Of a DNA stretch of 64,000 nucleotides, positions 53,172-64,000 are shown piece by piece. The notes under the pieces are model-generated. The model was given only the letters and a program-made list of their open reading frames with translations. It did not search any database and was not told the DNA's origin. Within the stretch, counting starts at the first letter, position 1. Every line of letters starts with the position of its first letter. The stretch is from Eledone cirrhosa. Taxonomy: Eukaryota. The stretch is taken from positions 184,078,001 through 184,142,000 of the forward strand of contig OZ024742.1 of the NCBI GenBank assembly GCA_964016885.1, in the 5' to 3' direction. The position numbers and the translations under genes are program-made.

Positions 53172-54224
53172 TCAAAAATACAGATACAATATAGACACAA
53201 ACACATATATATAGTTTATCCGGGGGTTTACCTTACATATGATACATTTCCTATTAGTACAGTGGGTTTTCTTAAAAGGGTACGTTTTGCTGATCAGGGA
53301 TTTTATGGTGGTTCCTGGCTTTTCTACCATCTTAATCTTTAAGTGGGTCTTTCTCAGGGCCTTTCTACACTGGTTAGCTAATTTCCCTCCAGGGGTAGCG
53401 TCCACAAACATGACACTCTGGTATCTCTGGTTGTCGTACCATGAGGTGGCTTTCCCTATCTTATGTCTAGCCCTATCTAAGCTATTCCATGATTTGCTCC
53501 TGTATAATGGGCAAATTCCTTTCATGTCCAGTTCTATGAGGGTCTTGTACTTCTCCATGGCTCCTTCGTATACTCTAACTCTGTCTCTTTGGTTGTAGCC
53601 AGAGAACTGCATGCGGTTGATGAAGTGTTGGATGTGTCTTTCCATTTCTGTTGGGTCGCACATGCGGGACACATTCTTCATCACTCGTACCAAATCTGCG
53701 ATCAGAATATTAAATTTAGCACTACTGGACATTGCTGAGTTTTTGAGTATCAGGTATTTGGAGGCCATGGGTTTAGCATAGTGTGAGTGGAGAATTTGGG
53801 CCCTCTCGTCTATAGTGTTAATCCAGAGTTCCGTGTCTAATACATGTAGTCTATTGTTAGGGTGTTTGGAAGGGTAGTCGATAGTTACAGTTATACTCTG
53901 GTGTATGGAATTAGCTATCTGCTGGATGCTTTCCATTGTGCTACGTTCTAAATCAAACTTGTTAGTGCTCTCTAGTGGGGATGTTCTTATAACTATATTG
54001 ATATCGTCTACGTAACGAGAGTACATGATGAGGTCTATGGAGCTCTCATTAAGGAGATCTTTAAGTCTCCTTTCCCACCATACCATAAAAAGGTTGGCAA
54101 CGTCACCAGCTATGCTGACGCCAATGGCTGCTCCCTCATTTTGGGTGTAGATCTTCTCGTTGAACTTGAATATGTGGCCCTTTAGGGTAGTTTTGATACT
54201 AGCCCCTATTGCATGTGCGACCAT
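53172..54224 (-). pseudogene. PLE RT core and thumb fragment
   Basis: FKFNEKIYTQNEGAAIG, YSRYVDD, LDTELW. Confidence 0.85.
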
Positions 54225-55674
54225 TTTTCTTACCTGATCATTGTTTTAGGGGGTCCGTATAGCTTTGGTCCACCCAATCCACCTTCCCATGAGAGTCTTT
54301 TTAGCCATTGAGGTTATGGTGGGGGGTCTACCTCTTATGGGTCTACTGGGGCAGAAACGTAAGGTCATGGCTGTCTAGGTAGTCAGTGTTGTAGGTAAGT
54401 CTAAGTAGGAGGCCCAGTTCGTCTGTGTCGACGTCGCAGAACTCCACCTCACTCTCAATGATCATCTACCTCATCCATGCTGCCTATTATTTAGTTGGAT
54501 AGCTTCCTGTTTTTGTTGCACTCACTGATTCTGCTGAGGAGGTCCTCTGTACTGTCACATACATCTGGGGACATCTTGATTATGAGGCGTATAACCATTG
54601 AGAGGAAGTAGGAGATCCTGTAGTTGCTAGATATATTTTCTCCGCATACGGGTCTTGTTGGTTGTCCTGTTGCCGGGTCGTCGACTGTCTTGTGGTCTTT
54701 GCGGAGCCCATACAAGGGTGGTATGCCATTGTTAGACGCCTAGAAGTTGTTGGCAGTGCGTCTGCTTGGCTTTAGGATGTCGGTCTACATCATCATGTGA
54801 GCGTTGAGGATTTTCTCTCTCCCATCATGTATTTTCTGTGCAATTTCGCTCGTGTTGGTGATGTGGGGTTGCATAGCCTTGATGTAGTTCGGCATGCTGT
54901 CTATTGACATCCTACCAGACTTATCCGTGGGTAGACATACTACCTCACTATCCCTTGTGCGCTGATTGAGGCTAACCAAGCCTTCTACAGGTTTCCTCCC
55001 AAGTTGTTGGACCTCTGGTCTGCTCTGTCTCTTAGTATACCGGTCTACTATTTGTCTAATCTTATTTCTAGCTATGGTGAACTGTGCCTCTCTCTCGTCA
55101 TCTATTTGTTGTGGTATGCAAACTCTTTTATTAAAGGGTAACCTCGTAGGATAGATATTACCCATCTTATATGTTTTGTCAGCTGGATTGAAGAATAGTT
55201 TCTCTAAGGGGTTGTCATTATATCTATCGTCATAGTTGTGTGTGTTGCTATTATTGTTATTATGGTGGTTGTTGTTGTTCCTATCATTAGCATTATTATT
55301 ATTGTTATGATTGCTAGATGTATTGTTGCTGTGATTGTTAGATGTATTGTTATAATTGTTAGATGTATTGTTGCTGTGATTGTTAGATGTATTGTTGTTG
55401 TTTTCTCCACCGTTATTGTTGTTGTTACTGTTATTTCTACCATTGTGGTTGTTACTTTTATTATGTTTCTTGTTTTTGTTGTGTCTATCATTAATGTTGC
55501 TACATGTATTATTTCTATTATTACCACTGTGGTTGTTGTTGTTGTTGTTATTCGTATTGTTACCGTTATTACTACTGTGGTCGCTGCTGCTGTGTCTGTA
55601 GTTAATGTTTCTATTATTATTATTGTGGTTGTTGTGTTTTTCTGTCTATCGTTAGTATTATTACCATTATTACT

Positions 55675-55857
55675 TTGGCAGTATCGGTAGACGGTTGGAC
55701 GCCATGCTTTGATGCATAGAGTTACGGCCCTTGCCATTCTGAGTTCAAATCCCGCCTAGGTTAACTTTGCCTTTCATCCTTACGGGGTCGATAAAATAAA
55801 GTACCAGTAATGCACTGGGATAATTGCTGGCCTTGTGCCAAAAGTAGAAACAATTAT
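55675..55857 (+). mobile_element. SINE inserted antisense into the PLE ORF
   Basis: Same family as 13421; attattact on both sides (possible TSD). Confidence 0.85.
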
Positions 55858-56891
55858 TACTATTTCTCACTCTCCTGCTATTGTTATGACTATTACTATT
55901 ATAGCTGTTATTTCTATACTTAGAGTTATTGTTTATATTACTACTATCGTTATTGTTGTTGTTGTCCGTATAGTTGTTGTTGTTGTTGTTGTTGTTTACT
56001 TTTGCATTCCAACGTATTTTTGTGAAACACTTTTCCAGCTCCGTTTTGCACTCGATAGGGTTAATCTTATTGTAGATGGCAAATTTTGGTGGTAGCTGCA
56101 GGATTTGTTGTTCTTGTTCACTGATTAAAGTGTTCCCATAAATATTTACTGTGTGGTCATTGATAAATTCTTCCGGTAGTTTTACATCAGTCATACGGAT
56201 ATTGTTGATGCCATCTGGGTATTTTTGTGAATATTCTATTTTTCTTTCTTCTAGTTTTTTCTATCCATTGTAATTTCTTATTGAAATGCCTATTGCATTC
56301 GTTTCGGGCGTATTTCGTTTCACGTCGGATGACGCTCATGAAGTCATCCCTTTCGTTGGGTGTGGTGAGATTTCGGACTTCCTTGCCGTTAATGCGTTTC
56401 TGTCTGTAAAGTTCGTTGACTTCTGTGTATGTTGTTCTTTTCATATTAACTGTTATTGTGTGTTTTAGTCGTTCAGCTTATGTGTTGTTCAATAATAAAT
56501 TATTTACTTGTTTTGATATGTTTGTTGTGTATATTTTGAAGGAAACACAGTGTTTTAAAAAGCGGATTTGTTCTGTTGTTATTGTAGTTTTTATATAACA
56601 GAAAATAGTGTCTTTCAATAACCTTTCAGCTTGGCACAAGCTAATGCCATAACGGCGATGAATTAGTTTTGCGAGGTTTTTGATATGATCGTGTGTCGAA
56701 ACAAATATTGTTATACTTGGGGAAGGTCATATTTGTTTAATATTGCCAGAATTAATAACAGAACGCACTCACTGTTTGGTTGGTTTTCGCTTCTGTGTCT
56801 TTTATATCCGTTAATTTAATTTATTCGGTCCTCAATGTTGCCATTGACTGACCAACGGATACAATATAGACACAAACACATATATATAGTT

Positions 56892-56935
56892 TATCAAAGT
56901 TCTTTCGTTGCACATCTGCAACATCGTCAGTGGTA
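56892..56935 (-). ncRNA. Minimal hammerhead in PLE-A 5' pLTR
   Basis: Reverse complement: TACCA-CTGACGA-T-GTTGCA-GATG-TGCAAC-GAAA-GAAC-TT-TGATA. Confidence 0.7.
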
Positions 56936-57008
56936 CTATTGTTTCCTCCCGTTGCATTGTATTTTCTACGCCATCTTTATTTACTCTGTTTATATATTTA
57001 TTTACATA

Positions 57009-57140
<132 letters not shown>

Positions 57141-57894
57141 CATTGCTAGTAACTACAGACTGTCCTACTTCCTCTCCCTGATCATACGCCCCATCATCGA
57201 AATGTCCCCAGATGTATGTGACAGCACGGAGGACCTCCTCAGCAGAATCGGCGTGAGTAACCGATCTAGGGACCTAACAAACTGCATAATAGGTAGTATG
57301 GATGTTGTGTCCCTGTATCCATCTATTGACGTGGATTTTGCTGTGGAGAAATGCGTAGAAATGATCAGTGAGAGCAATGTTGAGTACCGTGGGATTGATG
57401 CCAGTGAGCTGGGACTCCTACTTAAACTTACCTATAGTAATAATTACCTAGACACATATGACCTTAGCAACCTGTGCCCTACAAGACCAGCAAGAGGCAG
57501 ACCACCTACCATTACCTCAATGGCCAAGAAAACCCACACAGATAGATGGAACGGGTGGACCAGAGCCATACGGACACCCGAAAACCACGATGAACTGAAG
57601 AAAATGATTGCACATGCGGTAGGGGCCAGCATAAAAACTAACCCTTAAGGAACATATGTTCAAATTTAATGGAAAAACATATGCCCAAGAGGAAGGAGCA
57701 GCCATTGGTGTTAGCATTGCAGGCGACATAGCTAACTTATTCATGGTATGGTGGGACAGTAGACTTAAACTTAAACTTAAAGAACAATTAGAAGACAGCT
57801 TAACCCTGATAATGTACTCCCGCTACGTTGATGATATAAACATCGTAGTTAAGACACCCCACTAGAGAACAGTCAGGAACTAGAGAAAAACACA

Positions 57895-58953
57895 ATGGAA
57901 AGCATCCAGCAAATAGCTAACTCCATCCACCAGAGCATTAGAGTTACTATAGACTACCCAAGTAAACACCCCAACCATCGATTACCTGTACTCGACACAG
58001 AGTTCTGGTTAGATACCATTAATAACAAAAAACAAATCCTCCATTCCCATTATGCCAAACCCATGACTTCCAAACATCTGATCCACCGAAACTCGGCCGT
58101 TTCGGACCATACCAAAATCAACATACTGATTGCGGATTTGGTACGGGTGATGAGAAACGTGTCCCCTATGTGCAACCCCGAAGAACTAGAGAGACACATA
58201 CAACACTTCGTCCACCGTATGCAGTTCTCTGGCTACAATCAGAGAGATAAAATCAGAGTGTATAGAGGAGCCAGAACCAAATGTGAAAAAATGGTAAATA
58301 ATGACATAAATGGGACCTGCCCCTTGTATAGGAGCAAATTTTGGAATAGAATAGAAAGAACTAGGAACAAGGCTAATAGAATAAACTCATGGTATGATAG
58401 CAATAAATACCAGAGTGTAATGTTCATCGATACAACCCCTAGAGGTGAATTAGCTTACAAATTTAGAAGGGCCCTAAATAAACATAAACTCAATATTAAG
58501 ATAGTAGAAAGACCAGGTACCTCCGTAAAAACACTTATTAGCAAGACATACCCTTTTCAAAGACCCTCATGTATAGATAAGAAATGTATAACCTGTAAAA
58601 TAAGCCCCCATATTAACTGTAAAACTAGAAATGTAGTGTATAGCACAAGATGTACTGAAGGACAATGTAGAGACAAAAATATAGTGTACATAGGTGAGAC
58701 AGCTCGTAGTGTAGGGGAACGGATAAATGAACACTGGCGAGACCTTCAAGATAGTAACGAATCATCTGTACCCTACCAACATGCTAAAATAGAACACAAG
58801 GGTAAATTAGAGAACATAGAAATAAAAATAGAAACTACACACAGAAAAGACGCAATGTTTAGACAAATTACAGAGGCAATAAACATAAAAGAATTACAAC
58901 CAAAATTAAATAGAAAATATGAGTGGAACAGCAACATCACAACTTACAATTAA
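57895..58953 (+). pseudogene. PLE RT thumb + GIY-YIG endonuclease fragment
   Basis: 352-aa ORF with an intact GIY-YIG motif. Confidence 0.85.
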
Positions 58954-59154
58954 GGACAAAATGAAAACACACACACACATAGAACAAACAACCAACCAGT
59001 AACATGTAAATAAACAAATAAATAAACGAACATAAACACACACAGACACCCGGATGTGGCGCATGCGCAGACTGAGCACACAACACACACACAGAAACAA
59101 AATGGCGTAGGACAGAACAAAGGAGAGGTACAGAAACAAAGAAAGGAATCCCCA

Positions 59155-59197
59155 GTCACTGAAGAGGTCACAGAGTGTGTGACGAAAGAACTATGAC
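59155..59197 (+). ncRNA. Minimal hammerhead in PLE-B pLTR
   Basis: GTCA-CTGAAGA-G-GTCACA-GAGTG-TGTGAC-GAAA-GAAC-TA-TGAC. Confidence 0.78.
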
Positions 59198-59404
59198 AAT
59201 ATATAAACAACTATCTGGTTGTGGAACCAACCAACAAACCAGAAATTTATAAATTTGTAAATTTATAAATATATAATAAATTGAAGTGAAAGCAACTGGT
59301 GCGTGTGTTTCTTATTGGCAACATGACCCTCCCAAAGTATAACAATATCGGTTTCAACACACGATTTCAGATAAAGAATCTTGCTAAACAAATTCAGAAA
59401 CGAA

Positions 59405-60886
<1,482 letters not shown>

Positions 60887-61172
60887 CTGCTCCCTCGTTA
60901 TCGAGTATGGCCATTGCACGATATACCATTATTAACCAATTCTATTGTGCTATGCCTGTGCGTGAAGATATTTTTTAAAGTGAGGATAGACTGCACTGAG
61001 CCAATCCCACTCTCTGAGCGACAGTAGCTATAACCTGAAAAGAAGAAAAGATCAACATCATCGGGAACTACTGAGCCGCAGGTTTTATATCGGAGTTATC
61101 CCAGTTTCCTGAGTTGCCTTCTCCTAGAAGAATGCCCTGACAAAGGCTAGGGGTCTTTTGCTGCTCTCACCC

Positions 61173-62720
61173 GCTAATCCTTTGTCAATTAACAAAAAAA
61201 AACGAGGTGTGCAAAATATCAGCTCAATCGGACAACTGTTAGGCGACCCTCAAACGCCTTGAATTTGGAACATAGTATACGCAACGATTAATTCTGTTCA
61301 AAAGCGGTATAATGTTCCCTATCTCGACCATTTTCTCTTTTCTTCTCAGAAATATTTATGTGGACACATCCAGGCAACCCCAGCAAATGTTTAAAAACGT
61401 TCTGAATCAAATTTACCAATAGATACCAATAGTTAATTTGAAAAATTCCTGAAATAACATGAAAAACTTAAGAAATATTAAGTTTTCTTAATAAAGCACA
61501 TAACTTCTATAAGATAAACGCATTTTTATTTACAACAATAATTTCTATAGAATCAAAAACATAATGTGAACACACGTTGAGGTTAATTTTGCCTTTAATT
61601 CTTACGGGGTCAATAAAATAAAGTACCAGTAATGTACCGGGTAATTGCTAACCTTGTGCCAAAAGTAGAAACAATTATTTTTGCATAAGAGATGATTTAG
61701 TGGCAGTTGGGTGTTTTATGGTTTTCGGTAACGATCTGTAAAACAAATTGTTTCTCCGTTTCATCTTTTGTGAGAATGTTATTGTAATCCTGAATGACTT
61801 TGACACTTTCATTCACAACTGTCTTCTCAAGTTTTTCAAGTCCAATTTTTGTAACCAGGATCCTTTCATGTTCAAGGTTCTTTGTCGAGGAAATCTTTGC
61901 TGATAGAAAATCTTGTGAAGAAAGTTTTTGTACAGGAGTTACAAAAGATAAAAGCTCAAAGAAGAAAAGTCATTTTGATGCAGAATGTACCTCTTCAGTT
62001 TATTTTTTCTTCTTCCTCTTCTTCACCTTTGTCTGCTTCCATCATAACTTGAACAATATTTGCCTTAACCTCTCCTTGCTCTCCCTTTTTCATTGCTCTC
62101 TTTTATCTTTGCTCTCCTTGCTCTCCTTTTCTCATTGTTCTCCTTGCTCTCCTTTTCTCCCTGCTCTCTTTTTATCCTTGTTCTCCTTGCTCTCCTTTTC
62201 TCGTCGCTCTCCTTGCTCCCCTTTCTCCCCTTGCTCTCCTTGCTCTCCTTGCCCTCATTTTCTAATTGCTCTCCTTTTTCTCATTGCTCTCCTTGCTCTC
62301 CTTTTCTCCTTCTCCTTTTCTCCTTGCTATCCTTTTCTCATTGTTCTACTTGCTCTCCTTTTCTCCTTCCTCTCCTTGTTCTCCTTGTTCTCCTTTTCTC
62401 CTTCCTCTCCTTTTCTCATTGCTCTCCTTGCTCTCCTATTCTCCTTGCTCTTCTTGCTCGCCTTGCTCTCCTTTTCTCGTTGCTCTCATTGTTCTCCTTT
62501 CACTCTTTTTCTCCTTCCTCTCCTTGCTCTCTTTTTATCCTTGCCCTCCTTTTCTCATTGCTCTACCTGCTCTCCTTTTCTCCTTTTCTCCTTTTCTCCT
62601 TTTCTCCTTGCTCTCTCTTTCTCGTATCTATATACTTGTTTAGATACAAATATAATGAGAAAAGGGAGCAAGGAGAAATATGAAAGCAAGGATAGTAAGG
62701 AGAGTATATATATATACATA
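61173..62720 (-). mobile_element. Second hATm-like remnant with partial SINE insertion (61575-61677)
   Basis: Colinear with 50328-51610; longer ctccttgct minisatellite. Confidence 0.6.
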
Positions 62721-62722
62721 TC

Positions 62723-62773
<51 letters not shown>

Positions 62774-62789
62774 CTTATTCCTTTAGCGT

Positions 62790-63270
62790 TCGACCGCCCC
62801 CCTCCCCCCACACTTATCCCCCACTAACACCACTAACACACCCCTCCTTTTCACCGCCCACCCCACACTAACAATACTAACACCTCCACTCCACCCCTCA
62901 TCTGACCACCCTTCCCCAACTAACATACTAACATCCCTTCCCTCCCCTCTTCTCCTCCTCCCCCTCCTTATCACATGCACACACGCACCCACTTACACCA
63001 CCCACCCCCACGCAACTAACATCACTAACACCCTCCAACCCCACGCACACGTACCCCCACACCCTCGTACACCACCAACTCTACACACCCTACCCCCACT
63101 AACCCCCACTCACACCTGCATTCCACCCCTCCCCACCTCCCGTATATTAACACCCACTAACACCTCTTCACCAAACTACACACACACCAGTACACCACAC
63201 TCCCTCCATAGAACCACACACACTCTTCTCTCCCCGCTCCACACTCACTCATCCCACTAACACCCCACTA

Positions 63271-63305
<35 letters not shown>

Positions 63306-63950
63306 CCTCACTCCAACTCTCACACCTACCCATCCTCGCCTCCCTACCATTCCGCCGACTGCTGCTATGCCCTTCCGACCACTGTCTCAGCACCAACTGA
63401 CCACAGCACTTCCACTGCTGACCACTTCCTGTTGCGCGCGCACCCCACATCTCTCCTCTTCCGACCACCGCTTCTTGGATTACCCACACGCGTTTTGACT
63501 TCTCACCAAAATCTCCATACATCCGTGTAACTTACCACTTTTCAACCACCCTCTTACACCACCACCTATATAACTCACCCACACACACACACTCCAAAAC
63601 AAATTTTTTTATCCACACGCCACCCACACCCACAACACGCTTAAACCACACACACGTGCTTCCCACCACATATTTACACCCTCAGCCCCCTGATTCCTCT
63701 CCCCCCACCCCCCTATCCACACACGCACAGACCCTCCGACCCACAAAAACACCCCCCACACACACCTTCCTGAACATGCAACCCCGTTCTTCCCCCAACC
63801 CTCACTTTCACATACACACACACACACACGCACACCTAACCACACACACCACCTTCAGCCCTCCCCACTCGGACACCCCGTCTCCCTCTCCCCACTCCAC
63901 CCGCCACCACCTCTACTCACCCCACACCCTTCCACCACCTGTTTACCCCC
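62790..63950 (+). repeat. C/A-rich low-complexity tract
   Basis: Degenerate cccactaacacc / cacacac units. Confidence 0.8.
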
Positions 63951-64000
63951 CTTTTAATTTCAGTTTATTTTGATCATGCCTTTATTTTTAAATTTTCTCA

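Noticed and set aside
61794-62786. 330-aa hydrophobic membrane-like ORF (also 51117-51692)
   Set aside because: Antisense of a transposase remnant plus a pyrimidine minisatellite.
62790-63950. Telomeric repeat
   Set aside because: Degenerate C-rich tract lacking (CCCTAA)n arrays.

Overview
Eukaryotic, AT-rich window that is almost entirely repeats. No host protein-coding gene is recognisable. The (TA)n/(CA)n density and the SINE families suggest an octopod cephalopod (inference from recall, not a database result). Most ORFs in the track are microsatellite translations. Real coding content is retroelement-derived. There is a near-intact 1009-aa R4/Dong-like RT + CCHC + restriction-like endonuclease ORF sitting in (TATG)n. 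There are three families of Penelope-like elements (PLEs, RT + GIY-YIG), RTE, Tx1/L1 and Ingi/Vingi-like LINE remnants, an internally deleted Gypsy LTR element, hAT and Tc1/mariner MITEs, hATm-like remnants, tRNA-derived SINEs and an 85-bp higher-order satellite. A ~12.2-kb near-identical tandem duplication ends at a 200-N gap. The most striking signal is about 20 hand-folded type I hammerhead ribozyme (HHR) motifs from about 14 apparently unrelated sequence families, not counting copies in the duplication. They lie in PLE pseudo-LTRs and in short non-coding, often fold-back elements embedded in (TA)n. Several carry non-canonical cores (U3:A8, A4, U-U closing stem II, extra base after A9, very long stem II). 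All folds were done by eye and none is experimentally shown.
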